DNA from: Clostridia bacterium
GTDB lineage: Bacteria > Bacillota > Clostridia > Christensenellales > DTU072
DNA: 64,000 nucleotides
Assembly (NCBI GenBank): GCA_035381305.1
Contig: DAOSYK010000001.1
Span: 47,218 to 111,217 of the forward strand
Direction: 5' to 3'
Positions 37,245-46,359 of the stretch are shown here, piece after piece; position 1 is the first letter of the stretch; every line of letters starts with the position of its first letter. Position numbers and translations under genes: made by a program. The notes under the pieces are model-generated. The model was not told the origin of the DNA and searched no databases. It saw only the letters and a program-made list of their open reading frames with translations.

Positions 37245-39662
37245 ATGAATGTAACGAACCAAGAATTCAGAGAGCTGGTGGAACAAAAACTGGCTCAGAT
37301 GTTCGGGGTTAATTATGAGGAAGCAAGCAAACAGGTAATGTACAGGGCGTTATGCCTGGTAGTTAAGGACCTAATAACCGAAAAGAGAGTGACCTTCAAA
37401 AAGAAAGTGAGGGCCGACGGTGTTAAGCAGGTTTACTATATGTCCATGGAATTCCTGCTCGGAAGGTCTTTGAGAAACCACCTCTACAATTGCGGCATAC
37501 TTGACACCGCAACAGACGTTATTAAGCAGATGGGCTTTGACATCGGGCAGCTTATGGAGCTTGAACCTGACGCAGGCCTCGGAAACGGCGGCTTAGGCAG
37601 ACTTGCAGCCGCATATATGGACAGTCTTACCTCATTGGGCTATGCCGCAGGCGGCTTCAGTATCCGCTACGATTACGGCATTTTCAAGCAGAAGATAGTC
37701 GACGGCTGGCAGATGGAACTGCCCGACGATTGGCTCGCCAACGGCGACGTTTGGCTCAATCCCCGCGAGGAGGACAGCTTTGAGGTTAAATTCGGCGGAA
37801 ACGTCGAAGAAAACTGGTCGGACGGGAAACTCCGTATCGACCACAAAAACGCCACGACAATTATCGCCGTGCCCTATGACATGAACGTCACGGGCTATGA
37901 CAGCAATGCCGTAAACACTTTGAGGCTTTGGAGCGCAAGGGCGCCGATGGGTTTTGACATGAATCTCTTCTCGAGGGGAGAATATGTCAAGGCGATTGAA
38001 GCAAAAGCAATGGCCGAGGCGATCAGCAAGGTGCTGTATCCTGCCGACAACCATTATGAGGGCAAATCTCTGCGCCTGCGCCAACAGTATTTCTTTGTAA
38101 GCGCAAGCATGCAGAGCATAATTAAGAAGCACTTAAAATACAATCCTTCTCTCGAAAATTTCAGTGAAAAGGTCGCCATTCATATCAACGACACCCATCC
38201 GACGCTGTGCATACCCGAGCTTATGAGAATACTGCTCGACGAGTACGGCTATGATTGGGACAGAGCGTGGAAGGTCATTACCGAGACCATTTCCTACACC
38301 AACCACACCGTTATGCAGGAAGCGCTTGAGACCTGGCCGCAGGACCTCTTCAAGTCGCTCTTGCCGCGTATTTATCAGATTGTCAACGAGATCAACCAGC
38401 GTTTCTGCGCCGACCTTTGGAATGTATATCCCAACCAATGGAACAAGATAGCGCAAAACGCGATTATGAGCGACGGCCATATCAGAATGGCCAACCTCTG
38501 CCTTGCGGCAAGCCATACGATAAACGGCGTCAGCATGCTGCACAGTAATATTCTGAAGAACAGCCTGTTTTCCGACTATTATCGCGTTGCGCCCGATAAG
38601 TTTACCAATGTCACCAACGGTATCACCCACCGCAGGTGGATCGGCGAAGCTAACCCTCTCCTTGCGAGCTTCCTCAACGACAAGATAGGCGACGGCTGGA
38701 TAAAGGACGCGTCCCAACTTGAAAAGCTGCTTGCATTCCAAAACAACAAGCAGGCTGTCGACGAGTTGTTCGCGATAAAGAAGGCCAATAAGATAAGGCT
38801 CGCGAAATATATAAAGGACCACAACCATGTCGACGTAAATCCCGACAGTATTTTCGACGTGCAGGTGAAGAGGCTGCATGAGTACAAACGCCAGCACTTA
38901 AACTGCATGCACATAATGGACCTCTATTTCAGGCTCAAGGAAAATCCCTGCCTCGACATAGTGCCCCGCACCTTCATTTTCGGAGCAAAAGCCGCCAGCA
39001 GCTATTATATGGCTAAACAGATAATTAGGCTTATTTGCGCGCTCGGCGACCTTATCAACAACGATAAGGACGTAAACGAGAAGATGAAAGTCGTGTTCCT
39101 CGAGAACTATTGCGTGTCCCTTGCAGAGCTGATTATGCCGGCAAGCGACGTCAGCGAGCAGATAAGCATCGCAGGCAAGGAAGCGAGCGGAACGGGCAAC
39201 ATGAAATTCATGATAAACGGCGCGGTTACCGTCGGCACGATGGACGGCGCAAACGTTGAGATACACGAGAGAGTGGGCGACGAAAACATTTTCATTTTCG
39301 GTCTGCTAGCCGACGAAGTGGAAAAGCTGTATGAAGAAGGCTACCATCCTACCACATACTATACGCAGGACTGCCGCATTAAGAGGATAATCGACATGTT
39401 GAGGTGCGGAGTGGGCGACGAGCACTTCACCGAGCTCGCCGACAACCTCACCATCGGAAAGGGCCGAATGGGCGACCCGTATATGGCGCTCGCCGACTTT
39501 GCTTCCTATGTCGACGCTCAAGGGCGGGTCAATGACGCGTACACGGATAAATACCGCTGGGGCAAGATGAGCATGGTAAACATCGCCAAGGCAGGATTTT
39601 TCTCGTCGGACAGAAGCGTGGAGGAGTATGCAACGCGCATTTGGAACCTTACAAAGGTATAA
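37245..39662 (+). CDS. glgP: Glycogen/maltodextrin phosphorylase (GT35)
   Basis: 805 aa. EPDAGLGNGGLGRLAA. PLP-lysine region EASGTGNMKFMINGA. Confidence 0.95.
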   Translation: MNVTNQEFRELVEQKLAQMFGVNYEEASKQVMYRALCLVVKDLITEKRVTFKKKVRADGVKQVYYMSMEFLLGRSLRNHLYNCGILDTATDVIKQMGFDIGQLMELEPDAGLGNGGLGRLAAAYMDSLTSLGYAAGGFSIRYDYGIFKQKIVDGWQMELPDDWLANGDVWLNPREEDSFEVKFGGNVEENWSDGKLRIDHKNATTIIAVPYDMNVTGYDSNAVNTLRLWSARAPMGFDMNLFSRGEYVKAIEAKAMAEAISKVLYPADNHYEGKSLRLRQQYFFVSASMQSIIKKHLKYNPSLENFSEKVAIHINDTHPTLCIPELMRILLDEYGYDWDRAWKVITETISYTNHTVMQEALETWPQDLFKSLLPRIYQIVNEINQRFCADLWNVYPNQWNKIAQNAIMSDGHIRMANLCLAASHTINGVSMLHSNILKNSLFSDYYRVAPDKFTNVTNGITHRRWIGEANPLLASFLNDKIGDGWIKDASQLEKLLAFQNNKQAVDELFAIKKANKIRLAKYIKDHNHVDVNPDSIFDVQVKRLHEYKRQHLNCMHIMDLYFRLKENPCLDIVPRTFIFGAKAASSYYMAKQIIRLICALGDLINNDKDVNEKMKVVFLENYCVSLAELIMPASDVSEQISIAGKEASGTGNMKFMINGAVTVGTMDGANVEIHERVGDENIFIFGLLADEVEKLYEEGYHPTTYYTQDCRIKRIIDMLRCGVGDEHFTELADNLTIGKGRMGDPYMALADFASYVDAQGRVNDAYTDKYRWGKMSMVNIAKAGFFSSDRSVEEYATRIWNLTKV

Positions 39663-41472
39663 CGATACCCTTCTCTACAACCCCCTGTTTTCAGTATACA
39701 AAACACCCTTCGGCGCGGTGCCTACCTGCCGGAGGGTGGATATTGTTTTCCCCGTAAAGTGCGACGTTAGGGCGGAAAAGGTATTTATTATTATAAGGAA
39801 CAACTCTTCCTTTTTCCTTCGTCTGGAACTTGAGCGCGTAAACACCATAAACGACTACGATTATTTCGAGTGTCACTTTGCGCTGGAAGACGCGGGGACA
39901 TATTTTTACCGTTTTGAAATAACCAGAGATTTTCATACCCTTTTTGTGGGTAAAGACACAAACAATCAGGCAATAATCCGCGACTGGATGCCCGAGTGGC
40001 AGCTTACAGTCTATGACGCAGAGTACAAGACGCCCGAAACCATAAAGGGCGGTATAGTCTACCACATCTTCGTCGACAGGTTCTGCAGAGTGGGCGCGAT
40101 GCCGGCTCCGCGTTTCGGCGTAAAGAAAAAATGGCATGAAGAAGTGACAATCAAAGACCCCGACGGCGTTTACCGTGCAAACGATTTTTACGGCGGAAAC
40201 TTCAAGGGGATAAAGAGTAAGCTCGATTACCTTAAAGATCTGGGCGTTACCTGCATGTACCTTTCGCCCATTTTCGAGAGCAGCAGCAATCACCGTTACG
40301 ACACAGGCGACTACACAAAAATCGATCATCTTCTCGGCAGCGAAGAAGACTTCAAAGACCTTATCGAGAGCGCGAAAGAGAAGGGAATAATAATAATATT
40401 GGACGGCGTTTTCAATCATACGGGAGCCGACAGCATATACTTCAACAAGTTCGGCCACTATGACTCAATCGGCGCGTATAAAACGCCTCAGAGCCCCTAT
40501 TACGACTGGTATACCTTTATTGAATTTCCCGAAAAATACGTCTGTTGGTGGGGAATTACCGTTGTGCCCACGGTCAGCAGGACGGCAAAGGGCTATCACG
40601 AGTTTATCGCGGGCAAAAACGGCATTATTGACAAATGGCAGAGCATGGGCGTAAAGGGCTGGAGACTGGACGTCGTGGACGAATTGTCCAGCGAGTTTGT
40701 GGAACAAATTTACTCCCGCGTCAAAGAAAACGATCCCGACGCCGTGGTTATCGGCGAAGTGTGGGAAGACGCCAGCACCAAGTACTCTTACGGCGAGGAG
40801 AGAAAATACTTCCGCGGCAAAGAGCTTGACGGCGTAATGAACTATGTGTTTAAGGACGCGATACTCGAGTATATACTCAAAAACGACGCGACTACGTTCA
40901 TAAACAAGATTATGGCAATAGTTGAGAACTATCCCAAGCCGTCCCTCGATGTGTCGCTGACCCTTGTGGACAGTCACGACACCTTCCGCGCGATAAACGC
41001 CCTCGCCGAGATAGATGTAAGCAACCTCAACAAAGAGGACAGGCTCAGGTTCCACCTCTTCAAGTACCAATACAACAAAGGCAAGGCGCGGCTCAAGGTC
41101 GCCAGCGCGATACAGTACTTCTTGCCGGGCGTGCCCAGCCTCTACTATGGGGACGAAGTGGGCATGGAAGGCTTTGAAGACCCCATAAACCGCCGCCCCT
41201 TCCCCTGGGACAACATCGACTACGAACTTCTCGCTCATTACCGTTTTCTCGGATCGTTACGCAAAGAATACCGCGACAAGTTTTTGGGCGGGATAGAGAT
41301 TACCACACTCGACAATATGATTTGCATTGACCGGGACGGGCTTATGCTTATTGTCAACGTAGGGGAGAGGAAAGCTCTTGATAAGCCATATTACGACATT
41401 TACACAAACAAAACCGTGTCTGTTCTTGACACAAACCACTTTCTTATCACCCACAAAGAGAAAAATCAATAA
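39628..41472 (+). CDS. GH13 alpha-amylase-family enzyme (neopullulanase/cyclomaltodextrinase-like) with N-terminal beta-sandwich domain
   Basis: Conserved regions VFNHTG (I), GWRLDVVDEL (II), VIGEVWED (III) and LVDSHDTFR (IV). The only in-frame ATG (39628) overlaps glgP by 35 nt. Confidence 0.85.
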   Translation: MQRAFGTLQRYNDTLLYNPLFSVYKTPFGAVPTCRRVDIVFPVKCDVRAEKVFIIIRNNSSFFLRLELERVNTINDYDYFECHFALEDAGTYFYRFEITRDFHTLFVGKDTNNQAIIRDWMPEWQLTVYDAEYKTPETIKGGIVYHIFVDRFCRVGAMPAPRFGVKKKWHEEVTIKDPDGVYRANDFYGGNFKGIKSKLDYLKDLGVTCMYLSPIFESSSNHRYDTGDYTKIDHLLGSEEDFKDLIESAKEKGIIIILDGVFNHTGADSIYFNKFGHYDSIGAYKTPQSPYYDWYTFIEFPEKYVCWWGITVVPTVSRTAKGYHEFIAGKNGIIDKWQSMGVKGWRLDVVDELSSEFVEQIYSRVKENDPDAVVIGEVWEDASTKYSYGEERKYFRGKELDGVMNYVFKDAILEYILKNDATTFINKIMAIVENYPKPSLDVSLTLVDSHDTFRAINALAEIDVSNLNKEDRLRFHLFKYQYNKGKARLKVASAIQYFLPGVPSLYYGDEVGMEGFEDPINRRPFPWDNIDYELLAHYRFLGSLRKEYRDKFLGGIEITTLDNMICIDRDGLMLIVNVGERKALDKPYYDIYTNKTVSVLDTNHFLITHKEKNQ

Positions 41473-41491
41473 TCATTATTAATTTCTTTGT

Positions 41492-41527
41492 AAAACCCTT
41501 GACACAAGGGTTTTTATGGCATATAAT
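41492..41527 (+). promoter_or_regulatory. Terminator hairpin of GH13 gene overlapping a consensus sigma-A promoter for perR-rbr
   Basis: AAAACCCTT (41492-41500) / AAGGGTTTT (41506-41514). TTGACA (41499-41504) sits inside the hairpin. 17-nt spacer, then TATAAT (41522-41527). Confidence 0.6.
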
Positions 41528-41557
41528 ATCAGTAATGATTCCTGATTTGAGGCAACG

Positions 41558-41920
41558 ATGAAAAACTATTCCAGGCAGAGAGAGGCGATAATAAGTTATC
41601 TCGAAAGCGTATACACCCATCCCACCGCCGAAGAAATATACAACAGCGTAAGGGAAGTTATACCCAATATAAGCCTGGGCACTGTGTATCGCAACCTCAA
41701 TGAGCTTGTCGCCAACAAAAAAGTGTTTGTACTCCATGTGGAAGGCGACAGGGACAGGTACGACGGCCACACAGAGCCGCACGCCCACCTCAAGTGCCCC
41801 GAATGCGGGAAGGTAGAGGATATATTCCTGACCGGTGACCAGCTCGAAGTACTGAAAGAAATCGGCGGAGAAAATTTCAGTCTTGATTACAACACCCTTT
41901 GTTCGGGTTGTAAAAAATAA
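41558..41920 (+). CDS. perR: Fur-family transcriptional regulator, PerR-like
   Basis: 120 aa. [14 protein letters not shown]...[10 protein letters not shown]. Metal site HLKCPECG and C-terminal CSGC. Lies directly upstream of rubrerythrin. Confidence 0.8.
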   Translation: MKNYSRQREAIISYLESVYTHPTAEEIYNSVREVIPNISLGTVYRNLNELVANKKVFVLHVEGDRDRYDGHTEPHAHLKCPECGKVEDIFLTGDQLEVLKEIGGENFSLDYNTLCSGCKK

Positions 41921-41955
41921 ATAAAATAACAACAAAAAAAGGAGATTTTTGCACT

Positions 41956-42492
41956 ATGAAATACGTTTGTTCTGTTTGCGGTTACACTTCCGACACTTTA
42001 CCTGAGAAATGCCCCGTATGCACTGCTCCCGCCGAGAAATTCAACGCGGTAAGCGACGAAGAGCTGAAGTTTGCCACCGTACATAAGGTTGGCGAAGCCA
42101 AGGGCGCCGAAGAGGATGTCATAATGGAACTCAGAGCCAACTTTAACGGCGAGTGCTGTGAAGTAGGTATGTATCTTGCCATGAGCAGGGTAGCAGACAG
42201 GGAAGGATATCCCGAAATAGCCGAGGCTTATAAGAGAATAGCTTTTGAAGAGGCCGAACACGCCGCCAAATTCGCGGAGCTGCTCGGAGAAGTCGTCACC
42301 GACTCTACCAAGAAAAACCTCCAGATGAGAGTCGATGCCGAGAGCGGCGCCTGCATGGGCAAATTCGAACTTGCCAAGCGCGCAAAACAGCTTAACTACG
42401 ACGCCATCCATGACACCGTTCACGAAATGGCAAAGGACGAGGCAAGGCACGGATCGGCTTTCGCAGGTCTTCTCAAACGCTATTTTAATTAA
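41956..42492 (+). CDS. rbr: Reverse rubrerythrin (N-terminal rubredoxin-like CxxC pairs, C-terminal diiron ferritin-like domain)
   Basis: YVCSVCGY...EKCPVCTAP at the N-terminus. Diiron ExxH motifs EEAEHAAKF and DEARHGSAF. Confidence 0.9.
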   Translation: MKYVCSVCGYTSDTLPEKCPVCTAPAEKFNAVSDEELKFATVHKVGEAKGAEEDVIMELRANFNGECCEVGMYLAMSRVADREGYPEIAEAYKRIAFEEAEHAAKFAELLGEVVTDSTKKNLQMRVDAESGACMGKFELAKRAKQLNYDAIHDTVHEMAKDEARHGSAFAGLLKRYFN

Positions 42493-42528
42493 GCTATATC
42501 AACGGGGCTTACTCGTAGCCCCAGATAC

Positions 42529-42555
42529 AAAAAGGCGGGAAATTCCCGCCTTTTT
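42529..42555. terminator. Bidirectional rho-independent terminator (rbr / convergent membrane-protein gene)
   Basis: AAAAAGGCGGGAA-A-TTCCCGCCTTTTT. Preceded by a second hairpin GGGGCT/AGCCCC (42504-42522). Confidence 0.85.
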
Positions 42556-42560
42556 GTATT

Positions 42561-43145
42561 TCAATAATACCGGTAAACATTAGGCGGTCGGTTGACGTAT
42601 CTCAGGTCGTGCCGACGAATAGCTTCGTCCTTTATCATCTTTGCCGAAGATAATTTCAACGCGGCGCTGGTTACGAAAGCGACGCAGGAAGCGGCATTTA
42701 GTATTATTACGATCTGAGTAGAAGAAGTAAATTGCATTCGTATGAGTATGAAAAGCGATGCGGCGAGCGCCACAGCGCCCACAATTACCTGCATAACGCC
42801 GTAGGCGATAAGGGGCGAAGTCTTTTTTGACGCGTCGTCTATATTCATTTTTGCAATGACAAAGCACAATTTTACGTAAGAAAAGGAAAATATAAACCCC
42901 AAAAGGAATATGCCCCCCACCGTCAAGAACAGCGTCGCTACAAATACCGACATCCCGCCGAAAAACTCTGCGACCATGGCGTCGTATTTGAAGAGATTGC
43001 TTTCGGGTGAAAAAGGGGTGACGTGATTAAAAAATGGGCTTATTATAAAAAACAGCGTAAAAACAATCAATATTCCGAAAAATATTGCCACAACAAGGTC
43101 AGTCAGCCCCGAAAATATCAGCCGTGCTTTTGCGGGATTTCTCAT
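42561..43145 (-). CDS. Hypothetical polytopic membrane protein
   Basis: The track ORF extends to 43190. ATG 43145 (MRNPAKARL) has SD AGGAG 5 nt upstream, giving 194 aa. About 5-6 hydrophobic helices. No family recognised. Confidence 0.6.
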   Translation of the reverse strand: MRNPAKARLIFSGLTDLVVAIFFGILIVFTLFFIISPFFNHVTPFSPESNLFKYDAMVAEFFGGMSVFVATLFLTVGGIFLLGFIFSFSYVKLCFVIAKMNIDDASKKTSPLIAYGVMQVIVGAVALAASLFILIRMQFTSSTQIVIILNAASCVAFVTSAALKLSSAKMIKDEAIRRHDLRYVNRPPNVYRYY

Positions 43146-43248
43146 AGTTTCTCCTGATTCAATTATAACGATTAGGGGTATGATATGCAATAGGCAATTT
43201 TGCTGTTAAAATGAAATTTTCAGTCGATTTTCACTATCCTCAAACTGT

Positions 43249-43277
43249 TTGACATATATTTTATAAAGCTATATAAT
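43249..43277 (+). promoter_or_regulatory. Perfect-consensus sigma-A promoter
   Basis: TTGACA (43249-43254), 17-nt spacer, TATAAT (43272-43277). Confidence 0.65.
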
Positions 43278-43311
43278 ATTAACAAATGGCGAAGGAAAGG
43301 GAAAATTAGTC

Positions 43312-43749
43312 GTGTTAAACGAAATTCTGACTCAGATTATCGGCGCAATCGTTATGAACTGGATGCTTTTTGTGACAATCCAGGGCGTAGTGATATTCCG
43401 CAGATTTATTCTCAATTTGTGGAAAAAGTTTGCGTTTTTTGTTGCGGGCACTTTTAACGGAATCTGCTCGTCAATAGCAATGGTTTTTTCCTTCATTTTC
43501 ATCGTTGCATTTGTATACGCCAAAGAAGGCTCTTTCTTTCTCAGCGAATATCAGGTCAATCATGTTTTTCCGGCGGTCAGTGCCGTGTGCCTCGAATTTG
43601 CCGAGATTATCGTTCTTTTCTTCAGGTATTTCTTTGTAAAGCATACTCAGGTTGAGGAGAGTAAGACGGCAAAAGTCGAAGCGGTCGTCGAGCGGATTAA
43701 GAGCAGTATATCTGTATTCCGCAAACCCAACCTCGCCATGCTTCAATAG
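43312..43749 (+). CDS. Hypothetical small membrane protein
   Basis: GTG start. 145 aa with about 4 hydrophobic helices and a charged C-terminal tail. No family recognised. Confidence 0.55.
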   Translation: MLNEILTQIIGAIVMNWMLFVTIQGVVIFRRFILNLWKKFAFFVAGTFNGICSSIAMVFSFIFIVAFVYAKEGSFFLSEYQVNHVFPAVSAVCLEFAEIIVLFFRYFFVKHTQVEESKTAKVEAVVERIKSSISVFRKPNLAMLQ

Positions 43750-43818
43750 AAAGTTTTGCCCCGAAAAATCAAGTTTTTTGGGGATTCCCCACCTGCCGTC
43801 AAAGAAATATACGGTATT

Positions 43819-43841
43819 GCCTTGCGGCGCAGGGCTTTTTT
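43819..43841 (+). terminator. Terminator/attenuator hairpin immediately upstream of the ABC operon
   Basis: GCCTTGC (43819-43825) / GCAGGGC (43829-43835) with one G-U pair, then T6 (43836-43841). Only 31 nt remain before ATG 43873. Confidence 0.55.
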
Positions 43842-43872
43842 GAAAATGTGTTGATTCAGGAGTGACTAAAAA

Positions 43873-44700
43873 ATGCTTACTATAAAGAATTTAAGAAAAA
43901 AATATCCAAATTCCGACAGGTACTCGGTTGACGGATTGTCTTTGGAAGTCAAGGAAGGAGAAATATTCGGATTTTTAGGCAAAAACGGCGCAGGAAAATC
44001 CACTACCATAAAGTGCCTTGCGGGTATCTTACCCTATGACGAAGGCGAAATAAATATCTGCGGCTACGACCTCAAGAAGGAGCCTATTAAGGCAAAGCTC
44101 CATATGGGTTACGTCCCCGACAATCACTCGGTGCTCGAGAAGCTCACGGGCAGGGAGTATGTCAACTACGTCGCCGATATCTACAAGGTCGACCAGAAAG
44201 CGCGCGAGGATATGATGGATTACTATCTTGACGTGTTCAGCCTGCATTTTGCAGTTGACAAGCAGATTAAGAGCTATTCCCACGGTATGAAGCAGAAAAT
44301 CTGCCTTATTGCCGCGCTCATCCACCAGCCCAAGCTCTGGGTATTGGACGAGCCCATGCTGGGACTTGACCCCCAGTCCATGGCAGAGATAGTGCTTCAG
44401 ATGCAGGCGCACGCCGCAAAGGGCAACTCGGTATTCTTCTCTTCTCACAACCTCGACCTCGTAAAGAAGCTTTGCCACCGCGTCGCGATAATCAACGACG
44501 GCAAGCTCATCGAGGTCATGGACCTTGTCAACAACAAGGCCAGTCAGGACAGGCTGGACGAGACCTTCTACACAGCTACGGGCATGGACAGGGAAAAGAT
44601 ACTCTCCATTCTCCAGCTCGAGGACACCCGCGACAACGTCTTTACACTGAAACATAAGGAAGACGCGAAGGACGACAAAGCGGAGGCAAAAGATGAATAA
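43873..44700 (+). CDS. ABC transporter ATP-binding protein (ABC-2/DrrA-like)
   Basis: Walker A GKNGAGKST. Signature YSHGMKQK. Walker B LWVLDEP. H-loop SSHN. Lys/Asp/Glu-rich tail. Confidence 0.9.
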   Translation: MLTIKNLRKKYPNSDRYSVDGLSLEVKEGEIFGFLGKNGAGKSTTIKCLAGILPYDEGEINICGYDLKKEPIKAKLHMGYVPDNHSVLEKLTGREYVNYVADIYKVDQKAREDMMDYYLDVFSLHFAVDKQIKSYSHGMKQKICLIAALIHQPKLWVLDEPMLGLDPQSMAEIVLQMQAHAAKGNSVFFSSHNLDLVKKLCHRVAIINDGKLIEVMDLVNNKASQDRLDETFYTATGMDREKILSILQLEDTRDNVFTLKHKEDAKDDKAEAKDE

Positions 44701-46348
44701 CTTTCTGATAACTCTCAAAATGGAGTTCAGAAGTATATTCAACCTCGGTAAAGATCCAAACCGTAAGGCTTGGGGGCTGTTCGCTCTCAACATGACCTTT
44801 TCGGCGATAATCTATGCCGTAGTGGTTGTCGGAATATACTTTGTCTGCAAGATGATACTTCAGGGCAGCATGCCCATGAATTACGAATACCTTGCGATAG
44901 CGACCTTTGTCAGCATGCTGGTGCAGTTTATCAGCGCGACGGGGCAGCTTGTCAAGGTCTTGTACTTCGACACCGACAACGAGCTTCTGATCCGCTTCCC
45001 CCTCGAGGGAATAGAACTGTTTCTCGCAAAAGCCGTATTTGTCTATATCAATACGCTGATTATCAGCATCCTTGTGACTCTGCCGTTCTATATCTTTTAC
45101 GGCATTTTCAACCACATGGGAGCGCTTTTCTACATTCACGGCGTGACGACGACGCTTCTGATAAGCCTTATCCCGTTTTTCCTTGCCAACCTCATTTCGG
45201 TGCCCGTCATGCACCTCAACAATCTCATAAGGAATAAGTTCGGGCTGAAGCTTGCGTTTATCATAGTCCTTATAGTCATCGGCTTTTCGGCGTACATGAT
45301 GCTGTTACGGGGCATACTCGAGTATTACCAGACCCAGGAAGCCGACACGCTTTTTACAGAGCAGACCCTGATCATCATGAAGACAATAGCCAAAGGCCTT
45401 GTGCCCGCCAGCCTGTTTGCCAACGTTCTATACGGCGAAATGGTGTGGCAGAGCATTCTTATGATATTCCTGGTGACGGCTGTCCTCGGGTTAGTCAGCA
45501 TGTACCTTGGCTCCCACAGCTATTACCTTGTGCTCTTAAAGAGCATCGAAAAAGGAAGGGAAGCTTTCCACAAGAAGACAAAGAACAGACCGAGAAGCAT
45601 TTTCGGCACAATACTTCACACCGAGCTGTTGACGATATTCCGCTCCTTTAACTACAGCTTCCAGTACCTCGCCATGGCGATAGCCGCGCCCTTTATGGTG
45701 TACTTCTGCAACAACCTCGCAGTGGCGGTGGGCGACAGTTCGGTAGGAGGGGCGATCATCCCCGGTCTTACCATTCTGGTAATTCTCATATTCGATACAA
45801 TTATCGTCAGCTTTGCTTCCACGACCATAAGCCGCACAGGAGACAACTTCTACATGACCAAGGTCATTCCCGTAAGCTACAGGTATCAGCTCCTTGTAAA
45901 AATGGTGCTGTACATGATAGTCGCCGGCGGGAGCAATCTGATTACCTGCATTTCCACCTGGGTAATCTTCGGCGGGGCGAAATACGGAAATTACATCAAG
46001 ATTACCGACGCGCTGGGGATTTTCGGAATATCGTTCTTTATCATAATTGCCCTTACGGCTATTGCCATACTCAGCGATATGCGCTCGCCCGTATTTGACA
46101 CAAACAGCGACGGCGATCTCGTCCAAGCCAACAAAAACGTCACCAACTCCATGGTGATAGGCATTTTCATTAGCGTGCTTTACGGCTTGTTCGCGATGCT
46201 GTTCACCTATATCCCGATGGGCTCGTGGAAAGCCGGAATAAACGGCGTATATATCATTCTCAACGCGCTCAGTTTCATAATGGCCGGAATAAGCGTGCTT
46301 GTCTTGTTCCTCAAAGCCGAAAATAAGTACAACAGGATTGTGCCGTAA
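44693..46348 (+). CDS. Large polytopic membrane protein, putative ABC exporter permease partner
   Basis: 551 aa with 12 or more hydrophobic helices. 8-nt overlap with the ATPase gene. Resembles the Firmicute putative ABC-exporter permeases, but only by architecture. Confidence 0.6.
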   Translation: MNNFLITLKMEFRSIFNLGKDPNRKAWGLFALNMTFSAIIYAVVVVGIYFVCKMILQGSMPMNYEYLAIATFVSMLVQFISATGQLVKVLYFDTDNELLIRFPLEGIELFLAKAVFVYINTLIISILVTLPFYIFYGIFNHMGALFYIHGVTTTLLISLIPFFLANLISVPVMHLNNLIRNKFGLKLAFIIVLIVIGFSAYMMLLRGILEYYQTQEADTLFTEQTLIIMKTIAKGLVPASLFANVLYGEMVWQSILMIFLVTAVLGLVSMYLGSHSYYLVLLKSIEKGREAFHKKTKNRPRSIFGTILHTELLTIFRSFNYSFQYLAMAIAAPFMVYFCNNLAVAVGDSSVGGAIIPGLTILVILIFDTIIVSFASTTISRTGDNFYMTKVIPVSYRYQLLVKMVLYMIVAGGSNLITCISTWVIFGGAKYGNYIKITDALGIFGISFFIIIALTAIAILSDMRSPVFDTNSDGDLVQANKNVTNSMVIGIFISVLYGLFAMLFTYIPMGSWKAGINGVYIILNALSFIMAGISVLVLFLKAENKYNRIVP

Positions 46349-46359
46349 GGAGGTAAAGT

